Of a stretch of DNA of 64,000 nucleotides, positions 9,462 through 18,437 are shown in pieces (position 1 is the first letter of the stretch; each line of letters begins with the position of its first letter). The stretch spans positions 4,939 to 68,938 of the forward strand of contig JAYTMA010000167.1 in assembly GCA_043728975.1 (NCBI GenBank). Direction: 5' to 3'. The notes below the pieces were generated by a model. It was not told the origin of the DNA, ran no database searches, and saw only the letters and a program-made list of their open reading frames with translations. This stretch comes from a bacterium (lineage in GTDB: Bacteria; Patescibacteriota; Minisyncoccia; Phycocordibacterales; UBA918). The translations under genes and the position numbers were made by a program.

Positions 9462-9569
9462 TAGCACGTTAGGCTCAGAGGCTCTTCATCCTCTCTGAGC
9501 TTAGCTTTTCAAGTCGCTGACAGGCCGATTGCTCAAGTCTGTCTCATTAAACACTCAAGGAAGCTTTTC

Positions 9570-10877
9570 ATGAACGATAACGCTATTGCTTTGCCCGAAA
9601 TCATCGAAGAAAAGAAAAATGGGCCACTTGCTCTTTGCCCGATTGCACTGAGAGAAGCTAAGGAAAGTTACGGAATTGTTCTGACAATGCTCCTTTCAAC
9701 AGGCGGCGGAAATAAATCTGCAAAGACTTTCTATGCGCATTTTCTCATGAACATGAATTTGCAATGGACGAACTGGCTCGGTGGAAGGCCAATGGAAACT
9801 GCGGGCGTATCAATCACTGATAAGCTTAACTTGTACATCAACCCTACATTCTGGAACAAGCAAACAGGAAAAGCTAAACAAGAGCTTCTTGAGCATGAAA
9901 TTGAGCACATCGTTTTCAAACACATTAGCAGATCAAAAGACTACATCGACTTGGGCAAGAACTCTGCCGGTCGATTAAAGTGCGCAAACATTTCAATGGA
10001 CGCTGGGATTAACGAGAACAAGCCGAACATCACTGCTGATGGCTTTGGCGTAACTTACGAGCGCTTAAATAAGCAGCTTGAAGAGATTAAGAGCAGATAC
10101 AGAGTTGGCCCAGATGAGCCTTGGGAGACGACTTACGAGAAGCTTATGCAAGCTGCGAAGGAAAATCCTAACAAGGGCGAAGGAGGAGAAGGCTTTGGCG
10201 ATCCGATTGATGATCACTCAACCTGGGCCGAATCAACCGAGAACAAAGAAGTTGCTGAAGGACTTGTTAGAGATGCTTCGAACAAAGCACAGAACGCTAC
10301 TGGGATCGCAAATATGCCCCAGCACATGTTGAAAGAGATTGCTGATATGAATAAAGCTTCTGTGAATTGGCAGCGAGAAATGCGCCAGTTTGCTACAAGT
10401 GCTCTTCGATATGATTTCACAAGAACTCGTAACAGGAGAAATCGCAGAGACATTTACGGCGAGGGCTTAAGACTTTCGGGAAGAAAGAAGAAGCCGCAGT
10501 TGAAGATAGCTGTATGCCTCGATAGTTCAGGATCTGTTGGGGATGATGCTTTTGCTCAATTCTTCGCCGAGGTAGCTGAGATTCATAAAATGGGAATTGA
10601 GATTGTGTGTATTGATGCTGATACAGGAGTTGCAGCAGTATACGACTTCGATCCGAAAAAACCACATAAGCGTTACGGCAACGGCGGTACAAGTTATCAG
10701 GCCGCAATTACAAAGGCAGTAGAGCTGAAGGTAGATGCCATAGCGTATATGGGCGATATGGATTCGTCAGATAGACCTAACAACCCTGGCATTCCTTTCA
10801 TGTGGGTTGTCGTTGGGAATCAAAATCCTCCTGGAGATTTTGGCAGAATAGTTCGAATCACGGAGAGAAAGAAATAA
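9570..10877 (+). CDS. VWA-domain protein with N-terminal HExxH metallopeptidase-like domain (DUF2201-type MoxR partner, 435 aa)
   Basis: HEIEH zinc motif near residue 113. C-terminal MIDAS-like KIAVCLDSSGSVGDD. Confidence 0.7.
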   Translation: MNDNAIALPEIIEEKKNGPLALCPIALREAKESYGIVLTMLLSTGGGNKSAKTFYAHFLMNMNLQWTNWLGGRPMETAGVSITDKLNLYINPTFWNKQTGKAKQELLEHEIEHIVFKHISRSKDYIDLGKNSAGRLKCANISMDAGINENKPNITADGFGVTYERLNKQLEEIKSRYRVGPDEPWETTYEKLMQAAKENPNKGEGGEGFGDPIDDHSTWAESTENKEVAEGLVRDASNKAQNATGIANMPQHMLKEIADMNKASVNWQREMRQFATSALRYDFTRTRNRRNRRDIYGEGLRLSGRKKKPQLKIAVCLDSSGSVGDDAFAQFFAEVAEIHKMGIEIVCIDADTGVAAVYDFDPKKPHKRYGNGGTSYQAAITKAVELKVDAIAYMGDMDSSDRPNNPGIPFMWVVVGNQNPPGDFGRIVRITERKK

Positions 10878-11398
10878 TGGAACAGTGGAAAAAAGTTGAT
10901 GGTTATGAAGGCTACTTAGAAGTTTCAAACTTTGGAAATGTTCGCACAGTCGCTAGAGAAGTTCCTCTGAATGGGGGAATAAGAAAATACGAAAGCGTAG
11001 TTTGTAGTTTAACTCTCAAACGAAACGGCTATTACCAAGCTTCAGTAAGACTCGGCGGAAAGGATAAGCGTAAGTGGTTTTTAGTTCACAGGCTTGTAGC
11101 TAAAGCATTCTTGGCAAATGATCTAAACCTTCCACAGGTTAATCACAAGGACGGCAACAAGGTTAATAACCATGCTGATAACTTAGAGTGGTGCGATAGT
11201 TCACATAATCAAAATCATGCAGTTAAAATGGGACTTTGCTCAAACGAAGAAGCTCATTACAAAGCAAAACTCACTGTTGAGCAAGTGAAAGAGATAAGAG
11301 CTTCTAATGATTTTCATAGAGTAATAGCAGAGAGGTATGGAGTAGGAAAAAGTACGATCACAAATATAAAACTATTCAAAACTTGGAAATATGTATGA
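10877..11398 (+). CDS. HNH homing endonuclease (NUMOD4 + HNH_3, 174 aa)
   Basis: WKKVDGYEGYLEVSNFGNVRTV and NHKDGNKVNNHADNLEW...SHNQNH. Start overlaps the VWA stop (TAATG). Confidence 0.85.
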   Translation: MEQWKKVDGYEGYLEVSNFGNVRTVAREVPLNGGIRKYESVVCSLTLKRNGYYQASVRLGGKDKRKWFLVHRLVAKAFLANDLNLPQVNHKDGNKVNNHADNLEWCDSSHNQNHAVKMGLCSNEEAHYKAKLTVEQVKEIRASNDFHRVIAERYGVGKSTITNIKLFKTWKYV

Positions 11399-11583
11399 AC
11401 TGGGACAAGCCATTACCACTGCAGCAGATAACCCCATTAGGGCTTAACGCTCATCATGGAGGCTCTTTCACATTTGAGCAGTGGAAAGGGTTGATTAAGA
11501 GAAGTAGCGTTACAGAGTCTTATGAAACGTACCTAACCTACTGCAAACTCATGTCTTCCTACCTTGGTCAAGCACTGTTGTAA
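11383..11583 (+). CDS. small protein with degenerate family tail (..SYLGQALL)
   Basis: C-terminus resembles the SPLYQALK family. Start could be ATG 11383 or 11395. Confidence 0.35.
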   Translation: MEICMNWDKPLPLQQITPLGLNAHHGGSFTFEQWKGLIKRSSVTESYETYLTYCKLMSSYLGQALL

Positions 11584-11590
11584 TAAGCTA

Positions 11591-11619
11591 TTGCACTATA
11601 TTAATACTTGTGCTAATAT
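11591..11619 (+). promoter_or_regulatory. conserved phage promoter element TTGCAC-N17-TAATAT
   Basis: TTGCACTATATTAATACTTGTGCTAATATGATTCAAG. Confidence 0.55.
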
Positions 11620-11669
11620 GATTCAAGTCCCCGCTAAGCAAGAAGCTTGGCCCAGCTCAGGAGGAGCGC

Positions 11670-12029
11670 ATGAATTCGATCTTATCCTGCATTTACTTCT
11701 ACTCAGCCCTTAACGGCATTAACCCTCAAATCACTCAAGCCGTGATTAAAGTCGAGAGCAACGGCAATGCAAGAGCTGTTGGCCAAGTTGGCGAGCTAGG
11801 ACTTATGCAAGTTCGCCCAGAGCATGTCCCAGTTTCACGGCTAATGCTCTTCGACCCTTGCACAAACATAAAATATGGAACAGCTATTCTAAAGCGAGCA
11901 ATGAACAAGTGCAAACATCAGCTCGATAACACTTGGATAAATTGCTTTAATTTAGGTGTCCGAGGCGGTTCTCGTCTGAAGCACCCAAAGAAATTTCTAT
12001 ACTACAAAAAGATTGTCGCCAATCTATAA
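11670..12029 (+). CDS. lytic transglycosylase, SLT domain (119 aa)
   Basis: E-x-G-LMQV catalytic motif (VESNGNARAVGQVGELGLMQV). ctcaggaggagcgc RBS. Confidence 0.8.
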   Translation: MNSILSCIYFYSALNGINPQITQAVIKVESNGNARAVGQVGELGLMQVRPEHVPVSRLMLFDPCTNIKYGTAILKRAMNKCKHQLDNTWINCFNLGVRGGSRLKHPKKFLYYKKIVANL

Positions 12030-12056
12030 CAGAGCATGATGCTCTAAAGGAAACAA

Positions 12057-12884
12057 ATGTTTAAGTTTATCAACCTCGTAGTACTAACGACAGTACTATC
12101 ACTCGCAGCAAGTTGTGGAGGCTCATCGAAAGGTAAGTCGTCTTCATCATCAAACAATGGTCCAGGTAATGGCCCAAACAACTTCAGAAATCCCGGACAA
12201 CTTCTCGGTCCAAACGCAATTAACCTCAGAAGCTCTGGGGATTATGTAATTCTTGCCAAAACAGCTATTACAACTGTTCCAAACTCTGCAATCACTGGCA
12301 ACTTGGGAATTAGTCCTGCCGCTCTTTCAGACTTAGAAGGCTTTGACGACGGCGGAGCTGATGCTTCTAACCAGTTCATCACTTCTCCTCAAGTTACAGG
12401 TAGAATTTACGGCGCAAATAGCGAAGTTCCTACTCCTAATAACTTAACAATAGCTGTCTTAGACATGCAAGCTGCTTATGAAGATGGAGCTGGTCGTGCA
12501 AATCCTGACGAACTGAACTTGATGGGAGGCGATATTAGCGGCTTAACTCTTGTCCCAGGTTTATACAAATGGACTAATACTGTTCTCATTAACGACACAG
12601 TTTATCTAAATGGTGGACCAAACGATGTATTCATTTTCCAAATTGCTGGCGGTCTCACAATGGCAGCAAACAAAAGCATCATTCTTCAAGGCGGAGTAAA
12701 TCCTAAAAACATCTTCTTTGTTGTAGCTGAGGCTGTAGAAATCGGAACAGGCTCTCATTTTGAAGGCATTATCCTTGGTCAAACAGCAGCAGCACTTCAA
12801 ACTGGCGCAAGTATGAACGGAAGACTTCTTATGCAAACAGCAGTAACTCTCGATCAAGCTACTGTAACTAAACCAGCTAACTAA
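12057..12884 (+). CDS. DUF3494 / ice-binding-like beta-helix lipoprotein (275 aa)
   Basis: Lipobox LSLAASCGG. Motifs VFIFQIAGGL, NIFFVVAEAVEIGTGSHFEGIILG and TNTVLINDTVYLNGG are typical of the IBP-1/DUF3494 fold. Confidence 0.6.
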   Translation: MFKFINLVVLTTVLSLAASCGGSSKGKSSSSSNNGPGNGPNNFRNPGQLLGPNAINLRSSGDYVILAKTAITTVPNSAITGNLGISPAALSDLEGFDDGGADASNQFITSPQVTGRIYGANSEVPTPNNLTIAVLDMQAAYEDGAGRANPDELNLMGGDISGLTLVPGLYKWTNTVLINDTVYLNGGPNDVFIFQIAGGLTMAANKSIILQGGVNPKNIFFVVAEAVEIGTGSHFEGIILGQTAAALQTGASMNGRLLMQTAVTLDQATVTKPAN

Positions 12885-12896
12885 ATACACTACTTA

Positions 12897-12922
12897 AGGA
12901 GCGCTATGATGCGCTCCTTTTT
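12897..12922 (+). terminator. intrinsic terminator (AGGAGCGC-tatgat-GCGCTCCT + TTTT)
   Basis: Perfect 8-bp stem followed by a T-run, immediately after the lipoprotein gene. Confidence 0.7.
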
Positions 12923-12934
12923 AGGACGCACATT

Positions 12935-13321
12935 ATGAATCTCTTAGTACAAATTATCACAGCTATTTTCTTCATCCTAACAGGCGTATTTCTTATATTC
13001 CTCGCCTTTTCTCTGTTCCAGCTTTATCGAATCGAGAAGCTTGACGACGAAGAGCTTGATGCGGGCTTTGAGGAGATCACCGAAGAAGAAAATGGACCAG
13101 AAGCTCCTGAAATCTTCAAGCACTCATACGATCTTCAGCTCTTGTATTTAGCGAGAGAAAGGGCATTGGGACAGTTTGTTGAGAATTGTAAGAAGCCTTT
13201 GCTTACTACTAAATCTCACGACTTGGAACATGCTTTCCTTTGGGTAGGTTCGAACGAGGGTTTTGAATACTGGAACGATCTATACGGCAGGTATTATGAT
13301 TTTCTAGAAGGCAAAGAATGA
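12935..13321 (+). CDS. membrane-anchored acidic protein (128 aa)
   Basis: N-terminal TM segment IITAIFFILTGVFLIFLAFSLF, then acidic. Confidence 0.5.
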   Translation: MNLLVQIITAIFFILTGVFLIFLAFSLFQLYRIEKLDDEELDAGFEEITEEENGPEAPEIFKHSYDLQLLYLARERALGQFVENCKKPLLTTKSHDLEHAFLWVGSNEGFEYWNDLYGRYYDFLEGKE

Positions 13322-13352
13322 AAAAGCTATTCAAGCATAGAGAGGAAGAATA

Positions 13353-13553
13353 ATGAAGCTTTACTATTACGAAGTTATTACCAAAGCATCTTCAGCCGGA
13401 TTCTTTAGCGGCTATATGCTCGAAACGAACTACGGATTTTTCGACTACTGGAACGAAGACAGTAGCGCTCTCATTTACAAAAGTAAAAACGAATTCCTGA
13501 AAGACATGGAAGCGAAAGAAGGGGCAGAGAACTTCAAAATGGTGCAAGTATGA
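13353..13553 (+). CDS. hypothetical protein (66 aa)
   Basis: ORF with gaggaagaataATG RBS. Confidence 0.45.
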   Translation: MKLYYYEVITKASSAGFFSGYMLETNYGFFDYWNEDSSALIYKSKNEFLKDMEAKEGAENFKMVQV

Positions 13554-13650
13554 GCGCTCCTTCAACTGTCGGAAGCTCTTGCATAAAGCTCGAGCTTGTT
13601 AACGATGATACCTACAAATGCGCGTGTCAGTTATGCGTGAAGGAAGAGAA

Positions 13651-14058
13651 ATGAATATTACAATGAAGTTCCCTAAACGAAAACTAAATCTAAAAAGAGT
13701 AGATAAAACTTCTGCCGAGTTAAAGCGACTGATTGAAACTCATGTCAAGGATACATTGAAGCATTTTAAAGATCCTGAAGGCGGCTGGAACTTGGATAAG
13801 GAGTTTTTAGTCTCAGAAATACTATATGAAGTTTTTGGATTTCATATAGGCGAAGAGATCAACCAGGCTTTCATGAACGCTGGGTTAAAAATTGTCTATA
13901 CAGATAACAAATCTTTTGTAGCTTTAGAAGAAGACTATAAGCCGATTTATATGAATAAAAAAACTGGGACAATTCATCTAGTGGAGAATACCTACGATAA
14001 TACCTATGTTTCAAAGTTTTCTGAGGCCAAAGGATATGTCCAAATCGGGAGACTCTAA
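13651..14058 (+). CDS. hypothetical protein (135 aa)
   Basis: Start set at ATG 13651 after gaaggaagagaa RBS. Confidence 0.5.
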   Translation: MNITMKFPKRKLNLKRVDKTSAELKRLIETHVKDTLKHFKDPEGGWNLDKEFLVSEILYEVFGFHIGEEINQAFMNAGLKIVYTDNKSFVALEEDYKPIYMNKKTGTIHLVENTYDNTYVSKFSEAKGYVQIGRL

Positions 14059-14681
14059 TGAACTACTGGGACAAATACTCGCGACTTCACGATAAGCCTG
14101 TAACAGAAGCTAATCCAATTCCTTGTAACAATAGCTGGATTTACACTGCCTATTACGTTCGCATTTACGGCCCAGTTGTGCCAATTATGCAAGAGGTATG
14201 CTTTGATCTTTGCAGTATGAACGGAAAGCTTATTAGAAGCCCAGGAAAAGCACTGCCGCCGATTTCGCACGACGAGATTCTTGGTATGGTAGCTTTAGGC
14301 TTACTCGAACCAGAGCACTTGAAAGGCTGGTCATTTAGTCCTTATGCAATTCCTAAATTCTCCCCCCTCAAGCTTGCTCAGCAGCTTTGGGATTTGCGCC
14401 CCAGCTTGAATAGGCATCGTAACTATTTCTGGGAGAATTCACTTGATCAAATTTATAGGTTTGCATTTAGCGTTCGATTAGTTGATCGCCACTTCCTTCT
14501 AAAAACCTGGGGGAAGTTCCAGTGGTTTAATCCTGCGCACTTGTTTTATGCATCAATTGCTAAGCTAGATTCAAAACTGGGACAAGCTTCTGGAATACGC
14601 TTTTTGAAGTATGGCGGAAAGAAGAATGAAGTGACTATGAGAACGGAATTCCCTGAAGGACATCCACTAGCTGCAAAGTGA
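14058..14681 (+). CDS. hypothetical protein (207 aa)
   Basis: ATGA-type overlap with the upstream gene. Confidence 0.5.
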   Translation: MNYWDKYSRLHDKPVTEANPIPCNNSWIYTAYYVRIYGPVVPIMQEVCFDLCSMNGKLIRSPGKALPPISHDEILGMVALGLLEPEHLKGWSFSPYAIPKFSPLKLAQQLWDLRPSLNRHRNYFWENSLDQIYRFAFSVRLVDRHFLLKTWGKFQWFNPAHLFYASIAKLDSKLGQASGIRFLKYGGKKNEVTMRTEFPEGHPLAAK

Positions 14682-14869
14682 GAGAGTATAAGGTAGATGA
14701 TAGAGTTATTGCCGCCGAAACAAAATGCTTTATCGTTTCATTGCCGGACTTCGAAGGAGATTGTTATGTTCTTTGCCCTGAAAACTCTACCGCACTAGGC
14801 GCTTTTATGGAAGATGAGTTCATATTAGATGAGATTTATCATTCCCCCCTTGGCCAAGCACTTAAGTAA
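14678..14869 (+). CDS. SPLYQALK-tail family small protein (63 aa)
   Basis: C-terminal HSPLGQALK. Coupled to the upstream gene. Confidence 0.55.
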   Translation: MREYKVDDRVIAAETKCFIVSLPDFEGDCYVLCPENSTALGAFMEDEFILDEIYHSPLGQALK

Positions 14870-14892
14870 AAAAACACGACAGGAGGTTGTGA

Positions 14893-15432
14893 ATGACTCT
14901 CGAAGAAATTTGGATGAGCGGTGATTTCACTGCCGAAACTGCGAACAAGCTTCGCCAAGATATTCTCAAACATGCAGAAGTTGGGGCAGATGTCCCAGTT
15001 GTTATCTACATTAACTCTTACGGAGGCTCTGTAGATGCTTTAAACAAGATCCTAGACACTCTCGATAGCTTGCCTAACGAAATCATTACAGTGTGCGCTG
15101 GAACTGCTATGAGCGCTGGAGCAGTGCTTTTGAGCTATGGCGATCAGCGATACATTGGCGCAAATTCAAGAGTGATGATTCATCAAGTAAGCTCAGGAAC
15201 TTTCGGCACAATTGCAGATATGGAAACGAGCGTGAAAGAAACTAAGAAGCTCAATAATCAGCTTTTGAAAGTGCTTGCGAAAAGATGCAAGAAAACTCCA
15301 ACGCAGATGAAGGCAATCTTCGATAAGAACGTGGACAAGTTCTTAAATCCTTCAGAAGCTAAGAAATTTGGGCTTGTCGATAAGATTGGAACGCCAAGAT
15401 TGAAACAGGTGATTAGCTATGAGCTTGAATAA
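14893..15432 (+). CDS. ClpP-like serine protease (179 aa)
   Basis: YINSYGGSVDA...GTAMSAG (Ser)...MIHQ (His) matches the ClpP/S14 core. Located in the early region, not beside capsid genes. Confidence 0.75.
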   Translation: MTLEEIWMSGDFTAETANKLRQDILKHAEVGADVPVVIYINSYGGSVDALNKILDTLDSLPNEIITVCAGTAMSAGAVLLSYGDQRYIGANSRVMIHQVSSGTFGTIADMETSVKETKKLNNQLLKVLAKRCKKTPTQMKAIFDKNVDKFLNPSEAKKFGLVDKIGTPRLKQVISYELE

Positions 15433-15445
15433 AACAGGAGAAAGT

Positions 15446-15676
15446 ATGCTTATTAGATTAATAGACCTCGAAGATGGAAGTTGTGTTCTAGTCAATACCT
15501 CAATCATCACAAGTGTTTATGATTGCATAAGTAGATCCAAAATATCTTTCACAGATTCAAGTTTTATCATCGTTCAAGAAACTGTGAATCAGATTTACCG
15601 GCTATCGAAAGGCTACTCTAAAGATCCTGAGCCATTGGAGAGAGTTCCCCCGAGTCAACAGAGATGTCGTAAATGA
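15446..15676 (+). CDS. hypothetical protein (76 aa)
   Basis: Start set at ATG 15446 after acaggagaaagt RBS. Confidence 0.45.
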   Translation: MLIRLIDLEDGSCVLVNTSIITSVYDCISRSKISFTDSSFIIVQETVNQIYRLSKGYSKDPEPLERVPPSQQRCRK

Positions 15677-15903
15677 GCAAGTTCAAAGTTGGCGATGTGG
15701 TTGTTGTTATATGCGATAAAAACACGCCTTCAATGAGAAAAGTGGGACAAAAATTCACAGTTGGATCAGTGCTTAACTACTTCAGAGGTCAAGACGATGT
15801 TATTTTTCCCGACAACCTCGAGCCTGACGGTCACGGCTTTCAAGAGTCTCAAGTTATTTTAGAAGCTATCTACGAGTCTCCGCTTTATAAGGCACTTCGA
15901 TAA
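15673..15903 (+). CDS. SPLYQALK-tail family small protein (76 aa)
   Basis: N-terminal MSKFKVGDVVVV. C-terminal ESPLYKALR. Confidence 0.65.
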   Translation: MSKFKVGDVVVVICDKNTPSMRKVGQKFTVGSVLNYFRGQDDVIFPDNLEPDGHGFQESQVILEAIYESPLYKALR

Positions 15904-15923
15904 ACATTTAGCAAACGAACAGG

Positions 15924-16961
15924 ATGTTCAACATGCGAATCAGCCACTCCGGCAAGAACACTCATAAAGAGTGCTCGGAAAAGTACCGCCTTCATTACAT
16001 TGAGAAGCTTAGGGGGCAGAAAATATTCTCCGCCCTTTTCTTCGGCTCAGCACTTGATGAAGCGTTTTCTAGACTACTACTTGATAAAAAGCCAATAAAA
16101 ACGCCAGAAGAATTGCTCCAGTTAGATGAAACTGCCGAGGGTATTTTCTATAAGCACATGAGCAACGTTCGGAGAGATGATGGAACGATTGTCGAAGCAT
16201 CAAAAAGCCCTTTTGCTGATTATTATGCCTCTGATTTTACCCCAGAGCTTCTTTCTGATCAAGCTGTTGCGCTCCTACAAGAATATGCGCCAGATGTTGC
16301 AGTTGGCGAATCTGTTGAAGAGGCGAAAGAAAGTGTTCTCGGTTTTATGGAGAGTTGCAAAGCTCATACTAAGGCGAAAAAGAAGCTCTCTCAGGACGAT
16401 GTTCCAGTTTTTAACTACATTACATGGCTTACGTTGGTCGAGAAAGGCTACCTCATGGTTGAAGCTTATCGTAATCAAATCATGCCCCAGATTTTCGAAG
16501 TGTATAGCATTCAAGAGAAAATTTCAGTCAAGAATGAAGCTGGTGATGAAATTACGGGGCTAATCGACTTCACAGCGAGTTTTGTTCAAGAACCTGGGAC
16601 AATGTACGTTTGCGACAACAAGACTTCATCAAAGCCTTACAAGCTCTCAGACACTGCTGAATCGGCCCAGTTAGCTACTTACTGCGAGTATAAGCAAACG
16701 AACAAAGCAGCTTATGTAGTTATCGAGAAGAAGGTTTATGCAAAAGCTCCTGTAATTCATACGCAAATTCTGAAGGACGTTATACCCGAAGCAATATTTG
16801 CTCAGACCTTCACAGAATTTGAAGAAGTAGTGTATAGTATTAATACTGGTGCATTTGAAAAGAACTTCAAGTCTTGCTTCAGTTTCGGGCGAATGTGCCA
16901 ATTTTACGCAATTTGCAAACACAACAACTATGAAGGCTTGATCAAAAAGAAAGAGGACTAA
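15924..16961 (+). CDS. PD-(D/E)xK exonuclease, Cas4/RecB-like with Cys cluster (345 aa)
   Basis: Motifs GLIDF, YVCDNKTS (D-x-K) and QLATYCEY. N-terminal Cys plus C-terminal C-x5-C-x6-C (CFSFGRMCQFYAICKH). Confidence 0.7.
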   Translation: MFNMRISHSGKNTHKECSEKYRLHYIEKLRGQKIFSALFFGSALDEAFSRLLLDKKPIKTPEELLQLDETAEGIFYKHMSNVRRDDGTIVEASKSPFADYYASDFTPELLSDQAVALLQEYAPDVAVGESVEEAKESVLGFMESCKAHTKAKKKLSQDDVPVFNYITWLTLVEKGYLMVEAYRNQIMPQIFEVYSIQEKISVKNEAGDEITGLIDFTASFVQEPGTMYVCDNKTSSKPYKLSDTAESAQLATYCEYKQTNKAAYVVIEKKVYAKAPVIHTQILKDVIPEAIFAQTFTEFEEVVYSINTGAFEKNFKSCFSFGRMCQFYAICKHNNYEGLIKKKED

Positions 16962-16965
16962 ATCC

Positions 16966-17295
16966 ATGGCACTCGAAGACAGAACCAAAAAAGAACTGGC
17001 ACAAATCATTCGCGACTTGCAAGAGAAGCTGAAAGAAATGAAGCCTGTTGAAGCTACGTTAACGGCCCAGTTAGAAGATCTCCATTCAGACGCTGTTGGC
17101 CTAATCAAGAATGAGAAAGGTCAATATCGCCTTGTGAAAATCAAGTACGACATTGGTAAAAATGCAGCAGCAATTGAAAGCTTAGATACGTTGAACGACA
17201 CGATTGATACGGCAATAGCCCTTTATAAATTAAACCAATTTACGCATGAAACGATCATGCGCAAAGCAAGAGGAAGTAAGTATGACCAAAAGTAG
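16966..17295 (+). CDS. coiled-coil hypothetical protein (109 aa)
   Basis: ORF with start AUG inside ccATGg, directly after the nuclease stop. Confidence 0.5.
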   Translation: MALEDRTKKELAQIIRDLQEKLKEMKPVEATLTAQLEDLHSDAVGLIKNEKGQYRLVKIKYDIGKNAAAIESLDTLNDTIDTAIALYKLNQFTHETIMRKARGSKYDQK

Positions 17296-17521
17296 TGCAA
17301 TTAAGAACTTGAACGCTAAACATGACCGTTACGATTTAGGAGTGGAGCAAGTTTCTGCCCCAACTGGAACGTTCGTTGCAAAAGCGGTTTTGCAAATCCT
17401 CGAAGCTACTGAGAAAGGTCCAGTTGTTGTTCGTAGAAGCTCAGCTTATGGCTTCGGAGATTCTTTGAAGAGTGCTCAAGACGATGCGATTGTATCAACG
17501 ATCTCAAACCTGGGGTTATAA
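17282..17521 (+). CDS. hypothetical protein (79 aa)
   Basis: Start set at ATG 17282 after aagaggaagtaagt RBS. Confidence 0.45.
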   Translation: MTKSSAIKNLNAKHDRYDLGVEQVSAPTGTFVAKAVLQILEATEKGPVVVRRSSAYGFGDSLKSAQDDAIVSTISNLGL

Positions 17522-17522
17522 A

Positions 17523-18107
17523 ATGTCCCAGTTAATTTACAAAAAAATGTCCGAAGTGATGAAGGAAATAGGTCACATCGGCAAAGATCAAAAAAACCAA
17601 GCACAAGGCTTTAAGTTTCGTGGAGTGGATCAGTTCGTAAATGCTCTTTATCCAGCTCTCACAAAGCATGGGGTTTTCATGGCCCCACGTTGTACAAGCA
17701 AGAACGTGGAAATCAAAGAAGTGGAACGTTCAAGCGGCAAGAAAGGGATTGATAAGCACGTTGAGCTAAACATGGAGTACGATTTCTTCGCCGAAGATGG
17801 CTCTAAAGTTACGATTGGCCCAATTCCCTCTGAAGGATTAGACAGCGGAGATAAAGCTACCAACAAAGCTCTTTCAGCAGCTTTAAAGTATGCGCTTATT
17901 CAAACTTTCTCAATTCCTACTGAAGATATGGCTGAAGCTGACTTAGAAACTCCTTCAATCAGATCTCAGGGAAGTACCTCAGTTGTTACTAAAGACACTC
18001 CGACAAATGGCGGACCACTCCTCTCTAAGCAAGTAGAAGCAGCTCCAAAACCTTCTGGAGATAAGTCTTTCCGCAAATCTAAACCAGCACCAAGCGAGGA
18101 TCTTTAA
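17523..18107 (+). CDS. Erf-family single-strand annealing protein (194 aa)
   Basis: GFKFRGVDQFVNALYPALTKHGV and KALSAALKYALIQTF resemble the Erf core. Adjacent to the Cas4-like exonuclease. Confidence 0.6.
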   Translation: MSQLIYKKMSEVMKEIGHIGKDQKNQAQGFKFRGVDQFVNALYPALTKHGVFMAPRCTSKNVEIKEVERSSGKKGIDKHVELNMEYDFFAEDGSKVTIGPIPSEGLDSGDKATNKALSAALKYALIQTFSIPTEDMAEADLETPSIRSQGSTSVVTKDTPTNGGPLLSKQVEAAPKPSGDKSFRKSKPAPSEDL

Positions 18108-18434
18108 ATGGACGCACCTAAAATTGTCCCACAAGCAGAAGTGAAGCACAGGCTTCAAGAAGACATCGACGTAGCTTTAAATTCAATCGAAGAGCAGTTA
18201 CCTTTGATTGGCCACTCAGAAGCTAAGCGCTTGTTTGTAGCAGCTACAAAGTACCCTCTTGAAACAGCAGACTTCAGCAAAGAGTCTGAAGCTATGATCA
18301 AAGCTTTCTCAGCTTCTAAGAACGTGAAAGATGCTCTTGTAGCTCTTGGAGTTGAGGTTGTGATTGAGCAAATGCTCAGACAACAGCAGAACGAGAATAA
18401 CAATGGAACAGAAACAGAAGAAACAAAGGAATAA
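18108..18434 (+). CDS. acidic hypothetical protein (108 aa)
   Basis: ORF with TAAATG overlap with the Erf gene. Confidence 0.5.
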   Translation: MDAPKIVPQAEVKHRLQEDIDVALNSIEEQLPLIGHSEAKRLFVAATKYPLETADFSKESEAMIKAFSASKNVKDALVALGVEVVIEQMLRQQQNENNNGTETEETKE

Positions 18435-18437
18435 ACA

